From positions 14,527-78,526 of the forward strand of contig JAFQXM010000003.1 of NCBI GenBank assembly GCA_017406955.1: a stretch of DNA of 64,000 nt. Direction: 5' to 3'. Shown here piece by piece: positions 1 to 10,830 of this stretch. The translations under genes were made by a program, and so were the position numbers. Each line of letters starts with the position of its first letter. Position 1 is the stretch's first letter. This stretch comes from Bacilli bacterium. GTDB taxonomy: Bacteria; Bacillota_I; Bacilli_A; RF39; UBA660. The notes below the pieces were generated by a model, which was given only the letters and a program-made list of their open reading frames with translations, searched no databases and was not told the DNA's origin.

Positions 1-210
1 CATTAAAATAGCAGCATCTACTTCATAAGCATTAGGACGCTCTTGTATAAATCTTTTCCTCCATGAATCTTTAATATTATTTTTTAATCTACTACCTAAT
101 GGACCATAATCCCATGTATTAGCAAGCCCTCCATATATTTCTGATCCTTGAAATATAAATCCATATTGTTTAGAATAATTTACTAATTTTTCCATTGTTA
201 AATCTTTCAT
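1..210 (-). CDS. glyQS: Glycine--tRNA ligase (alpha2 type), 5' part, runs off the window edge
   Basis: Not in the ORF track. Manual translation from ATG at 210: [39 protein letters not shown], the typical GlyRS N-terminus. AGGAGG RBS and an upstream T-box. Confidence 0.93.
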   Translation of the reverse strand, partial: MKDLTMEKLVNYSKQYGFIFQGSEIYGGLANTWDYGPLGSRLKNNIKDSWRKRFIQERPNAYEVDAAILM

Positions 211-225
211 AAATCCTCCTTTTAA

Positions 226-345
226 ATAAAAAACTCCTAGAAACATGTAAGGACGAGTTATTCCCGCGGTTCCACCTTACTTATTCTAGAAGAATCACTT
301 TAAAATATTGCTCTCAGCTTTCCACACTGGTCATCACATTTATAT
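226..345 (-). promoter_or_regulatory. T-box riboswitch leader of glyQS (very short)
   Basis: Minus strand reads GTAAGG-TGGAACC-GCGGGAATAACTCGT-CCTTAC (antiterminator, 247-280) followed by a U-tract. The UGGA bulge matches a tRNA-Gly UCCA end. Promoter TTGCCA-17-TATTAT at 386-358. Confidence 0.85.
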
Positions 346-389
346 AATTATAATCTTATAATACTATTTTTTATTACTTTTGGCAATAA

Positions 390-2120
390 TTATTTGTTTT
401 CATCACTTAACTTTTTATAATTTACTTTTCCTAGTAATGTTTGTGGTAGGGATTTTCTAAATTCATATTCTTTAGGTAATGAATATTTTGCTAAACTATC
501 TTTACATAATTCTTTGATTTCTTTTTTTAAGTGCATACTGGCACTAACTCCCTCTTTTAGAACAATATATGCTTTAGCAACTTCACCTTTATATTTATGA
601 GGTACTCCTACGACAGAACACTGTAATACTTTATCATGAGACTCTATTACTTCTTCAATTTGTGATGGATAAATATTATATCCGTTAGAAACTATCATTC
701 TTTTTAATCTCTGTGTAAAATATACAATTCCATTAGGGGCAATATAACCTAAATCTCCTGTATGTAACCATATTTTTTTATCTTTATGTCTTCTTAATAC
801 TAAATTAGTTTCTTTTTCGTTATTTAAATATCCTAACATTACAGTAGGTCCATTAACACAAATTTCCCCTTCTTCTCCTACTTCTACTTCACAATCTGTA
901 TTAGGAATACATATTTTATATAAGTTACCTACCATTGGTACTCCAATACTTCCTAAAACATTAGATTCACCATAACTATAACAAGTAGCAGCAGTAGACT
1001 CTGTCATTCCATAACCAGTTGACAGTTTTATATTAGCACCATGTTTATGAAGAAAATCATTAAATCTAGTTTCAGCATCACTATACATTGTATCTCCACC
1101 ATTAATACAATACTTTAAGAATGATAAGTCTGTATTTTCTAAGGCTTTATTTGTTACCATACCATTCCATAAAGTTGGTACACATGCTAAAAGTTGTGGC
1201 TTTTCTGATTTTAATATTTTAGTAAATCTTTTATTATCAAATTCTGGCATTAAAATATTTTTTATACCTTTGCACATACCAGTATGAATACAAACACCTA
1301 ATCCAAAACCATGAAATATAGGTAGGATAGTGATTATCTTATCACCTGTTTCTGCTTTATCTATATTTACTTCACATTGCTGTTCTAAAGCATTAAAATT
1401 AGCGTTAGATAAAACTATTCCTTTAGGTACTCCTGTAGTTCCCCCACTATGAAGTATTACTGCGGGATCATCTTTTTTCATATTATGAGTGATTTCTTCA
1501 TTATAAGTTAGTCCATTAATAATAAAATCGTTCCAATAAATATAATTTCTATCTCTTCTTTTTGGTTTTAATACTTTGAAACCTCTAGTAAATTGGTATC
1601 CAACTTTAAAAAGTAAAGGCATAGAATCTTTTGCAGATACTACAATAGTTTTATATAAAGATGTTTCATTAATTATCTCTTTTACTTTTTCATAACAAAC
1701 ATCTATCATCATTAATATTTTAGAATTAGTTTCATTTACATATAATTTGATTTCTTCTTGTCCAGATAGAGGATGTACCATATTAGCAATCGCTCCTATT
1801 TTATTACAAGCATAAAAAGCAATAATTGCTTCTGGTGTATTAGGCATACAAATTGTAATGACATCTCCTTCTACTACACCAAGTTTCTTAAAACTTTTCG
1901 CACATTCTTCTACTTTTTTGAAAAATGTTTTATATGTAATATTTTTATCAAAGTATCCAATACAATTAAGATTTAAATTATCTTTTGACCTAGATACTAA
2001 GTATTCATACATAGTCATGTCAGGTACTTTAAACCCACGTCTTACATCTTTAGGCCAATAAGAAGCAGATTTCTTATTAATATTTTCTTTTTTCTTAAAT
2101 ATATCTTTTAATGATTTCAT
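390..2120 (-). CDS. Long-chain fatty acid--CoA ligase (AMP-binding, class I adenylate-forming enzyme)
   Basis: HSGGTTGVPKG, GYGMTE, WLHTGDLG and LPQTLLGKV motifs. Confidence 0.85.
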   Translation of the reverse strand: MKSLKDIFKKKENINKKSASYWPKDVRRGFKVPDMTMYEYLVSRSKDNLNLNCIGYFDKNITYKTFFKKVEECAKSFKKLGVVEGDVITICMPNTPEAIIAFYACNKIGAIANMVHPLSGQEEIKLYVNETNSKILMMIDVCYEKVKEIINETSLYKTIVVSAKDSMPLLFKVGYQFTRGFKVLKPKRRDRNYIYWNDFIINGLTYNEEITHNMKKDDPAVILHSGGTTGVPKGIVLSNANFNALEQQCEVNIDKAETGDKIITILPIFHGFGLGVCIHTGMCKGIKNILMPEFDNKRFTKILKSEKPQLLACVPTLWNGMVTNKALENTDLSFLKYCINGGDTMYSDAETRFNDFLHKHGANIKLSTGYGMTESTAATCYSYGESNVLGSIGVPMVGNLYKICIPNTDCEVEVGEEGEICVNGPTVMLGYLNNEKETNLVLRRHKDKKIWLHTGDLGYIAPNGIVYFTQRLKRMIVSNGYNIYPSQIEEVIESHDKVLQCSVVGVPHKYKGEVAKAYIVLKEGVSASMHLKKEIKELCKDSLAKYSLPKEYEFRKSLPQTLLGKVNYKKLSDENK

Positions 2121-2164
2121 TTAATCACTCCTACCTTTTAATTTTATCATAATAAGAAAAGAAG

Positions 2165-3223
2165 TTAAATACTTCTTTTTACTTTCTTCACGCTTTTTTC
2201 TATATCTTTTTTAAAGAATAAGTATGTTGATCTTATTAACAAATAAATTGGTAAAGCTGCAATTATACCAACTACTCCCATTAAAGATCCTCCTACACTA
2301 ACTACCATAATTGTAATTAGTGGATTAACGTTATTTGTCTTACCATATATTTTAGGAGAAATAATATAACCATCTAATTGTGGAAATATCAGACAAATTA
2401 TAATTGTAAATATTACTAATTTAGTAGATATTAAAGATGCGGTAACAATTGCAATTAAATTAGTAATTAATCCTCCAAAATATGGAATAACTGTAGTAAC
2501 ACAAGCAAGTAAACCTAATACTAACCAGTTTGGATGACCTACTATAAAAAATAGAAAACTATATTCAAAAAATTGAATTACCATAAAAATTCCCAAACCT
2601 TTTATATAATTTCCTATTTCAACATCTAGTGTCTTAAAATAATTATATGTTTTTTTACTAATAGATAGTAATATATTTTTAAATCCTTCTTTTATTTTGT
2701 CCATATCTATTAAAAAATAAATAAATCCAACAAACCCTAATATAATCTTACCAATAAGAGTTAATGAGGTAGATATAATATTCATAACTCCTGAAGATGT
2801 TGCACTTCCAATATATTTAACAATCTCATTAAAATAATCAGCTATTTTTATTTCGAATCCACCTAGATTTAGATTAAACCTATTCCCAATATTTTCTATT
2901 ACTTCTATTATATACTTGGCAAAAGAACTTACTTGATCATACAACATTGGTAGAGTTATTATTAATAAACCTAGAACTGCTAGAACTAAAAATAATATTA
3001 CTGATACTAATGCAATCCATCTTCTAACACCTTTACTTTCTAAATATCTAACTACTGGATTAAGTGCATAAGCAAATACAAATCCAATAATAAATGGTCC
3101 TAATAATGATATTATTTTAGATGCTACTTTTATCCATAAATTTATATTATTAAAACCTATATACAATAATAACATTAATGCAGTTATATTTATTAAACTA
3201 TAATTTATTTTATTTTTAGACAT
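2165..3223 (-). CDS. AI-2E family transporter
   Basis: Multiple TM helices; AYALNPVV, IPYFG and SPKIYG motifs. Confidence 0.85.
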   Translation of the reverse strand: MSKNKINYSLINITALMLLLYIGFNNINLWIKVASKIISLLGPFIIGFVFAYALNPVVRYLESKGVRRWIALVSVILFLVLAVLGLLIITLPMLYDQVSSFAKYIIEVIENIGNRFNLNLGGFEIKIADYFNEIVKYIGSATSSGVMNIISTSLTLIGKIILGFVGFIYFLIDMDKIKEGFKNILLSISKKTYNYFKTLDVEIGNYIKGLGIFMVIQFFEYSFLFFIVGHPNWLVLGLLACVTTVIPYFGGLITNLIAIVTASLISTKLVIFTIIICLIFPQLDGYIISPKIYGKTNNVNPLITIMVVSVGGSLMGVVGIIAALPIYLLIRSTYLFFKKDIEKSVKKVKRSI

Positions 3224-3227
3224 ATAA

Positions 3228-3662
3228 TCACCTCTCTAAAATAATAGTAGTTGGCCCTATATTAGAAATATTTACTTCCATATCAGCTCCGAATATTCCT
3301 GTTTTTACTTTTATATATTTTTCTAATTCCTTATTAAACTCTTCATATAATTTATTAGCTTCTTCTCCTCCAAGTGCTTTTATATAACTTGGTCTATTTC
3401 CTTTAGAAGTATCAGCATATAAAGTAAATTGTGATATAGATAGTATTTCTCCTCCATAATCTAATATGCTTTTATTCATTACACTATTTTCATCAGGAAA
3501 TATTCTTAAATTAACTACTTTTTTTGCTAAATACTTAATTTTATCTAGATTATCTCCTTCAGTGAATCCTACTAATAAAACTAACCCACTATTAATACTA
3601 TTATGAACTTTATTATCAATAACTACACTAGCTTTATTACTTCTTTGTACTAATATCCTCAT
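3228..3662 (-). CDS. dtd: D-aminoacyl-tRNA deacylase
   Basis: MRILVQR start, SQFTL and GPTT motifs; directly downstream of rel. Confidence 0.95.
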   Translation of the reverse strand: MRILVQRSNKASVVIDNKVHNSINSGLVLLVGFTEGDNLDKIKYLAKKVVNLRIFPDENSVMNKSILDYGGEILSISQFTLYADTSKGNRPSYIKALGGEEANKLYEEFNKELEKYIKVKTGIFGADMEVNISNIGPTTIILER

Positions 3663-5812
3663 CGCATTAGCCTTTCTACTTTAATAACATATTTTATTTT
3701 ATCTAAAGCAAGTATTACTTTATTTAATTGCTCTAAACTATTTACGTATAAATGAGCTTCATATGTAAGTTGTTCTGTTTTATTTATAGTTTTTATTCCA
3801 TCTACATTTACATTTAACATAGATATGGCCTGTATTAAATCTACTATATGATTATCTAGTGTATTTGAGTAAACTAATAATATAGCTAAATACCTATTAT
3901 TAGTATTATCATTCCAATTAACTTCTACATTTCTATTTTCTAACATTGATAGGTTATGACAATTACTTCTATGTACATTAATACCATTACCTTTAGTAAT
4001 ATATCCAATAATATCATCACCATATACAGGCATACAACAATTAGCTAAATTAACTCTTACTTTATCTATACCACTAACTATAATATCTGCTTCTTTATCT
4101 TTAGAAGTTACTTTAACTACTTTAGGATTTTTATCTTCTTGTTTATGAATAACATTGATTACAGAATTAGGAGAATTTTTACCATTACCAACTACTAAAT
4201 ATATTTCATCTAAGTTCTTAACTTTTAATTCTTCACATATCTTTTCAATATTTTCATCAGTAAAGAATTCTTTTAGTGGTATTTTTCTTTTTCTTAAAGT
4301 CTTCTCTAAATTATATTTACCACGTTCTAAATATATTTCTCTTTCACTCTTTGTAAAGAAACTTTTTATCTTATTCTTTATTTGAGTAGATTTAACTATA
4401 TTAATCCACTCTTTAGATGGTTTAGAATTTTTATTAGTAATTATTTTTACTATATCATTATTTTTTAATTCATAATTTAGGGGAACTATATTATTATTTA
4501 CAATGGCTCCTGTAGTGGTCTCTCCTACTTTAGTATGTATTTTATAAGCAAAATCTATTGGAGTTGCCCCTTTAGGTAATTCCATTACATCTCCTTTAGG
4601 AGTAAATACATAAATATTATTATTTAATACTTCATTTTTTACACTTTTAACAAATTCTTCACTACTCATTTTATCTTTAGATAAATCAATTATTGATTTA
4701 AAAAATTGTAATTTTTGTTCTGTAGTTGATTGAAGATTTGCTTTAGTTTTAGAACCTCTATTTTCTTTATATGACCAATGAGATGCAATACCATTTTCTG
4801 CTACTTCATCCATCTCATATGTTCTTATTTGTATTTCGTATAATAAACCATCTACACCAAATACTGTGGTATGTAGAGATTGATACATATTAGGTTTAGG
4901 CATGGCAACATAATCTTTAAATCTATTAGGAAGTGGTCTAAATTTAGAATGAATTATACCTAAAGCTAGGTAACATTCTTGCTCTGTATTTACTAATATT
5001 CTTAAAGCTAACAAATCATATATATCACTAAATTTTTTACCTTTATCTAATTTATTATAAATACTATATATACTTTTAGCTCGTCCTTTTATTTCATGAT
5101 TTATATTATGTTCACTAAGTAGATTAACTACTTCTTTTTGCATAACATTAACAGAATTATCTCTTTCTAATTTAGAATTATTTAGTTTTTCAACTATATC
5201 ATAAAATACATCTGGTTTTAAGTATCTTAGAGCTAAATCTTCTAACTCACTCTTTATTTTATGAATACCTAAGTGGTGCGCAATAGGTGCAAGTATTTCT
5301 ATGGCTTCTTTAGCCTTTACTTTTTGTCTATCTGCAGGTACTGCCCATAATGTTCTCATATTGTGAAGTCTATCACATAATTTGATAATGATTGCTCTTA
5401 CATCTTCACTCATACCAACTATTATTTTTTTATAATACTCTATTAAATAATCATTTTCTGTTGAAAAATTAATTTTACTTAATTTAGTAACTCCTTTTAC
5501 TAAATTAGTAACTACTTCTCCAAATTCTTTTTCCATCTCTTCTGGAGTGCAATCACAATCTTCTAATACATCATGTAAAAGTCCTGCCATAATTGTTTCT
5601 GAATCTGCATAAATATCTGAAAGAATTAAAGCAACATTTAAAGGATGTGTGATATATGGTTCCCCACTCTTACGATATTGTCCTTCGTGTTTCAAAGACG
5701 CAAAAAGATAGGCCTTCTCTATTAAAGCAAGCTTATCTTCTTCTATATATCCTTTTAATTTATCTTTCACACTATCAAACGTGATGTTATCCATAGATGG
5801 CAAAGGAATCAT
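3659..5812 (-). CDS. relA: Bifunctional (p)ppGpp synthetase/hydrolase Rel
   Basis: HD motif (LLHDVLED), YQSLHT, EIQIRT, TGS domain (ATPIDFAY), C-terminal ACT-like region. Confidence 0.96.
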   Translation of the reverse strand: MIPLPSMDNITFDSVKDKLKGYIEEDKLALIEKAYLFASLKHEGQYRKSGEPYITHPLNVALILSDIYADSETIMAGLLHDVLEDCDCTPEEMEKEFGEVVTNLVKGVTKLSKINFSTENDYLIEYYKKIIVGMSEDVRAIIIKLCDRLHNMRTLWAVPADRQKVKAKEAIEILAPIAHHLGIHKIKSELEDLALRYLKPDVFYDIVEKLNNSKLERDNSVNVMQKEVVNLLSEHNINHEIKGRAKSIYSIYNKLDKGKKFSDIYDLLALRILVNTEQECYLALGIIHSKFRPLPNRFKDYVAMPKPNMYQSLHTTVFGVDGLLYEIQIRTYEMDEVAENGIASHWSYKENRGSKTKANLQSTTEQKLQFFKSIIDLSKDKMSSEEFVKSVKNEVLNNNIYVFTPKGDVMELPKGATPIDFAYKIHTKVGETTTGAIVNNNIVPLNYELKNNDIVKIITNKNSKPSKEWINIVKSTQIKNKIKSFFTKSEREIYLERGKYNLEKTLRKRKIPLKEFFTDENIEKICEELKVKNLDEIYLVVGNGKNSPNSVINVIHKQEDKNPKVVKVTSKDKEADIIVSGIDKVRVNLANCCMPVYGDDIIGYITKGNGINVHRSNCHNLSMLENRNVEVNWNDNTNNRYLAILLVYSNTLDNHIVDLIQAISMLNVNVDGIKTINKTEQLTYEAHLYVNSLEQLNKVILALDKIKYVIKVERLMR

Positions 5813-5819
5813 CTCCTTC

Positions 5820-8105
5820 TTAACAGTTTATTCCCTTAATTTTCTTTTCTTCTATTTCGTCTGTATATACAATCTTTTTCTTTTCAGGTTTTTTCAAACC
5901 TTTAGATTCTAATATCATAAATATAACTGTTGCTATATAAATAGATGAATATGTACCAGCAATAAGTCCAAATAACATTGCAAGATTAAATGTTAAGATT
6001 TCGTTAGAACCTAAAGCTATTAAAGCAACTACTGGAAGTAATGTAGTAATTGATGTATTAATTGTTCTTGTAAATGTTTCTCTAATACTCTTATTACATA
6101 TTTCTTTTAATTTTTCTTTATTTAGTTTCTTTCTTTCTTCTTTACGTAAATTTTCTCTTATTCTATCAAAACCAACAATTGTATCATTTATAGAATAACC
6201 TATGATTGCTAGAATCGCTGCTATAAACATAGTTGATACTTCTAAACGGAATATTGCAAATAAAGCAAATATTATAGCTACATCATGTACTAAAGCAATG
6301 ACACCACTTATAGCATATGAGAATTTGAATCTAAATGACATATAAATAATTATTCCAAGCATTGCAATCAATACTGATAGAACTGCATTCTTAGTTAATT
6401 CTTGTTTAACTAAATTAGATACAACTCCAACATTAGTCTTAGCATCATATTTATTTTCAAAATGATGAACTACTTCTTTAACTTCATTTCCGTTTAATAC
6501 ATCTTTTACTCTAATATTAACTTCATTATCAGTTTTTTCTATATCTCTTTTTTCTAATTTTAATTCTTTTAAATCTTTAGTTAAATCTTTTTCTGATATA
6601 TGTTTATTAGTCTCTATAGTAATATCACTACCCGCTTGATAATCTATTCCTAAGTTTAATCCCTTAACTCCTATTACAATAGATCCAACTACAATAATAA
6701 TTAGAGAAATAGGTACTAATATCTTAGTTTGTTGTAAGAAGTTTGTATTTTTAAATGGTATTTTCTTAACCTTTTCATTTTTACTTACATCTGGAATATC
6801 ATCTTTTTTAACATTTATAAACATTCTTGTTTTATTATTGAAAAAATCAGTCTTAACAAATAGATTAACTAATAGTCTTGTTAAGAAGACCATTGTAAAC
6901 ATAGTTACAATAATTGTAATCATTAACATAGTAGCGAATCCTTTGATAGAAGATTCTCCAAATATAAACATGATAACTGCAACTATAAATGTAGTAAGAT
7001 TTGAATCAAGTATTGCACTAAAACTTGATTTAGTTCCTTCGCGTACTGCTAAAGGTAGACTCTTACCTTTATATAATTCATCTTTTATTCTAGAGAATGT
7101 AATAACATTAGAATCTACTGCCATACCGATACCAAGTACTAAAGCAGCTATTCCAGGAAGTGTTAATACTCCTCCTACTAGCCAGAATATAAAGAATACT
7201 AAGAAAGTATATAACATCATAGCAACAGATGATATAAACCCTGCAAAATGGTATACTCCTATTAATATTAAAGCAATTAATACTACACCAATAATACCTG
7301 CAATTAAAGTTTTCTGTAATGTAGCATCACCAAAAGATGCTCCTACTGTTTTAGAAGATATTTCAGTTAATTTAGATGGTAATGATCCACTATTAATTAA
7401 ATCTACTAAGTTACTTACTTCATCATCAGTGAAATTACCTTGAATAATAACATCACTAGCAAATCCTTGTGATACAGTAGCAGCACTTAAACAATTAGAC
7501 TCACTTGTACCACATTTACTTCCTTCATTAGCATAACTATCTTTCATATCTTCATAATCTAACCAAATAACTAACATGTTTTTTTCATAATCTTTAACTT
7601 CATTAGTTACTTTATAAAATTTATCTTTGTCTTTTACAGATAGCAATACTGCAGGATTACCACTATTATCTTGTGATATTTTAGCTCCTCCTGCTTTTAA
7701 TACATCACTATCCATTAATAAATTATCATTAGTATCTCTAAATGAAAGACTTGCGACAGTAGATAATTGTTTACGTGCTTCATCCGGATCTTTTACACCT
7801 GCTAATTTAACACGTATCTTATTATTACCTTCAATAATAATTTCTGGTTCACTAACACCTAAACTATCAATACGTTTACTAAGTGTTTTATAAGTAGCTG
7901 TTAACTTTTCTTTATTCATCTTAGAACCATCAATAGATTCTACTTTATAAAGAATTTCAAATCCACCTTGTAAGTCTAAACCAAACTTTAAACTTTTAAA
8001 TAAAGGTATAAATAAAAAACATATTCCAACAACTAATAATATTAAAAAAGCTGATGTAGTTATTACTTTACCTTTCTTATTTTTGTTTACTTTTTTCTTT
8101 GTCAT
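5820..8105 (-). CDS. secDF: Protein translocase subunit SecDF (fused)
   Basis: GLDLQGG, GMAVDSNV and GYSINDTIV motifs. Confidence 0.95.
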   Translation of the reverse strand: MTKKKVNKNKKGKVITTSAFLILLVVGICFLFIPLFKSLKFGLDLQGGFEILYKVESIDGSKMNKEKLTATYKTLSKRIDSLGVSEPEIIIEGNNKIRVKLAGVKDPDEARKQLSTVASLSFRDTNDNLLMDSDVLKAGGAKISQDNSGNPAVLLSVKDKDKFYKVTNEVKDYEKNMLVIWLDYEDMKDSYANEGSKCGTSESNCLSAATVSQGFASDVIIQGNFTDDEVSNLVDLINSGSLPSKLTEISSKTVGASFGDATLQKTLIAGIIGVVLIALILIGVYHFAGFISSVAMMLYTFLVFFIFWLVGGVLTLPGIAALVLGIGMAVDSNVITFSRIKDELYKGKSLPLAVREGTKSSFSAILDSNLTTFIVAVIMFIFGESSIKGFATMLMITIIVTMFTMVFLTRLLVNLFVKTDFFNNKTRMFINVKKDDIPDVSKNEKVKKIPFKNTNFLQQTKILVPISLIIIVVGSIVIGVKGLNLGIDYQAGSDITIETNKHISEKDLTKDLKELKLEKRDIEKTDNEVNIRVKDVLNGNEVKEVVHHFENKYDAKTNVGVVSNLVKQELTKNAVLSVLIAMLGIIIYMSFRFKFSYAISGVIALVHDVAIIFALFAIFRLEVSTMFIAAILAIIGYSINDTIVGFDRIRENLRKEERKKLNKEKLKEICNKSIRETFTRTINTSITTLLPVVALIALGSNEILTFNLAMLFGLIAGTYSSIYIATVIFMILESKGLKKPEKKKIVYTDEIEEKKIKGINC

Positions 8106-8115
8106 ATTTTCACCT

Positions 8116-8397
8116 CTATATTAAATCCTCTTTATAGTCTTCAGATCTTCTTTTCTTAGTAATCTTGCCTTTTATATATTCATCTAACTTATTATTATCT
8201 ACATGAATAATATTACTAACTATATCTGATAATGTTAAATCTTTACCATTTTTCCAATTATTTTCTACTAAATAATTCCATATATCATTTATAGTTACAT
8301 AAGAAAATCCTAAGCGATGTAATTCTTGAAGTTTAGCATTTAATGCAGGTTTAACACGTGTAAATAACTCTTCCTGACTATTAAATTTAATATCCAT
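8116..8397 (-). CDS. ComN/YrzD-like post-transcriptional regulator
   Basis: VKPAL..K..E...LG.....DIWNYL pattern and conserved position upstream of secDF. The ATG at 8397 has an RBS; the ORF track starts at GTG 8421. Confidence 0.6.
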   Translation of the reverse strand: MDIKFNSQEELFTRVKPALNAKLQELHRLGFSYVTINDIWNYLVENNWKNGKDLTLSDIVSNIIHVDNNKLDEYIKGKITKKRRSEDYKEDLI

Positions 8398-8485
8398 AGA
8401 ATTCACATCCTTTAACTCCACTTTAATTATAACAAAATTATTACAAACATAACAGAAAAAGTTAAGAAAAACTTAATTTTCTTAA

Positions 8486-9379
8486 CTAATCATTTTTTTT
8501 AGCTCTTGGAAAACTATTATAATAGACTTCTTTTAATCTATCAGTAGATACATGTGTATATACTTGAGTAGCACTTATACTTTCATGTCCTAATAGTTTT
8601 TGAACTGTAAGTAAGTCACATCCTTCATTAAGTAGATGTGTTGCGAATGAATGTCTTATCATATGAGGAGATATATTTTTATTTATACTAGTATTTTTTA
8701 TTATCTTATCCAATAAATATCTAACTCCACGCTCTGTTAATACTCCTCCATTTTTATTTAATAGTAAATATTTACTACCTTCTTTATTTAAATCTCTATA
8801 TCCTTCTTTTAAATATAAATTTAATATTTCTTCACAATAATCTCCATACTCTACAATACGTTCTTTATTACCTTTACCAAGTATTATTATTTTTCTTTCA
8901 GATTTATTTATATCATTAACTTTAATATTTACTAACTCTCCTACACGTATTCCTGTTGCATATAACATTTCTAATATTAATAAATCTCTTTGTCCTAGGG
9001 AAGTAGATATATCACATGCATTAAATAATTCTTCTAATTCATTATATTCAAAATATCTAGGTAGTTTTTTATCTTTTTTAGGACCATTTACTAAAGAAAA
9101 TATATTAGTCTTTACAATCTTTTCATTAGCCATATACTTATAAAATCCTCTTAAAGCACTAAGTTTTCTGTCAATTGAAGAATTAGTATCTTTTTTTTCC
9201 TCTTTTAAGTACATTAAGTAAAATCTAATATCACTATAAACTATATTTTTATAATTTAAATTTTCTCTTTTTAAATATTCTAAATATTCTAATATATCAG
9301 TTTTATAACTATCAATAGTATAATTAGAATAATTCTTTTGATATTTTAAGTACTCTAAATACTTATTTACGCTTTCCAT
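8486..9379 (-). CDS. xerC: Tyrosine recombinase XerC
   Basis: LYATGIRVGEL, GKGNKER, HMIRHSFATH and LLGH...TQVY catalytic motifs; downstream of topA. Confidence 0.88.
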   Translation of the reverse strand: MESVNKYLEYLKYQKNYSNYTIDSYKTDILEYLEYLKRENLNYKNIVYSDIRFYLMYLKEEKKDTNSSIDRKLSALRGFYKYMANEKIVKTNIFSLVNGPKKDKKLPRYFEYNELEELFNACDISTSLGQRDLLILEMLYATGIRVGELVNIKVNDINKSERKIIILGKGNKERIVEYGDYCEEILNLYLKEGYRDLNKEGSKYLLLNKNGGVLTERGVRYLLDKIIKNTSINKNISPHMIRHSFATHLLNEGCDLLTVQKLLGHESISATQVYTHVSTDRLKEVYYNSFPRAKKND

Positions 9380-10754
9380 CTGTTATAGGATCTCCATCAT
9401 TATTAAGACCTAATCCATCTACATTTATGCCTACATCTTCTAATACTTCTCTAGGATAAGTAATTAGTTCATCTAAATCAATGTTTTCTATAACTGCATT
9501 AGATCCACCTTCACTATAATAGCTATATATTTTATCATCTTGATACTCTTTTATAATTTTTTTAGATTCTTTATATTCTTTTCTTGCTTCTGTTTCTTCT
9601 TGTTTCTTTAAACTGTCAATATTTATTTTATACTTATCTAAAAATTCTTGAGACATGAAGTTTAATTGTCCAGAAGTAAATCTTTTTAACAATTCTCTTT
9701 TAGGACCAGCAACAAGTGATCTGTTATTTTCTTTTGCTTCTTGCTCTGCAATTTTAGCTACTTCCTCTATTTCTTTAATTAATTCTTGTTTTATTTCTTG
9801 ATTGACTATTTCTTGATACTTCTCTGGATCTTTTTTGAATAAATCATCTAAATCAAATTCTTGTTGTATAAATTCTTCTGTCTCTTCTTCCTTTTTCCTT
9901 GATAATTCTTTTTTTCTTACATCTTGTTCCCATAGTGCTACTTTTCTAAAAGTGTCATAATCTTTAAGATATCTAGCAAAATTTCTAGTACATGTATCTA
10001 ATTCTTGATTAATGGCAATCATTTCACTCTCATCACCTTTTTCAAGTTTTTCTTTTTTAGCTGTACTATTTTCATAAAATGATTCAATATCTGCGACTAT
10101 ACTAGCATGTACGGGATTATATTTAGCTGTTTTTCTAAACATATTTGCTAAAGCATTCATATATGATCTATCTCTTAAATAACTTTCTACTACTTGTTCA
10201 ATATATAAATAATATTCTTCTTTAATTTCATCAGTTAATATTAATTCATCTGGATTCTTACCATTTGCTTTTCTTATAGCAAATTGAGTGGCAATTTTTT
10301 GAAGCATTTTATTATTGTATATTTTAGATAATTCTTTTCTTTGACCTCTGTTTTTATATTCAACAATTATTCTATTTTGTCGTCCATTTTTACTTGTTTC
10401 TATTACTTTCTCATGATTTATTGTTTTTGAACCAGATAATTTATCTAAAAACTCTTCTTCACTTTTAAAGGAACTTAAAATTGAATCTACTTCATATTTA
10501 TTAAATTTATCTTCTAACTTTTTATTTCGTTCTTTTATATATAATTCGTTATATTCCTCTTTACTTATTTCATAATTAGCTAATTTTTCATCTAAATCTT
10601 TTTTTATTTCATCAGAAATAGTAGCTCGTATTAATCTAATTTTTACCGGCTCTTCTGGTGTGTTAAATTCATTATAGTTATCTGGATTTTCTAAATAATC
10701 TTCATATTCTTTAATATGTGGTTTAGTACTGTAATATATAGTATATCTTGCCAT
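9363..10754 (-). CDS. Hypothetical protein, charged and helical
   Basis: 463-aa ORF with GAGGTG RBS; overlaps the xerC start; no motif recognised. Confidence 0.75.
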   Translation of the reverse strand: MARYTIYYSTKPHIKEYEDYLENPDNYNEFNTPEEPVKIRLIRATISDEIKKDLDEKLANYEISKEEYNELYIKERNKKLEDKFNKYEVDSILSSFKSEEEFLDKLSGSKTINHEKVIETSKNGRQNRIIVEYKNRGQRKELSKIYNNKMLQKIATQFAIRKANGKNPDELILTDEIKEEYYLYIEQVVESYLRDRSYMNALANMFRKTAKYNPVHASIVADIESFYENSTAKKEKLEKGDESEMIAINQELDTCTRNFARYLKDYDTFRKVALWEQDVRKKELSRKKEEETEEFIQQEFDLDDLFKKDPEKYQEIVNQEIKQELIKEIEEVAKIAEQEAKENNRSLVAGPKRELLKRFTSGQLNFMSQEFLDKYKINIDSLKKQEETEARKEYKESKKIIKEYQDDKIYSYYSEGGSNAVIENIDLDELITYPREVLEDVGINVDGLGLNNDGDPITDGKRK

Positions 10755-10804
10755 AGTATCACCTCTAAATATATTATAATATAAATAAATATTTATGACA
10801 AATT

Positions 10805-10830
10805 AAAAAAGTAGATATAAAATCTACTTT
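10805..10830 (-). terminator. Intrinsic terminator after topA
   Basis: AAAGTAGAT...ATCTACTTT hairpin with U-tract on the minus strand. Confidence 0.6.

Noticed and set aside
8486-9379. Tyrosine recombinase as a phage or integron integrase
   Set aside because: Size, motifs and position downstream of topA fit chromosomal XerC; no att sites or phage genes were seen.
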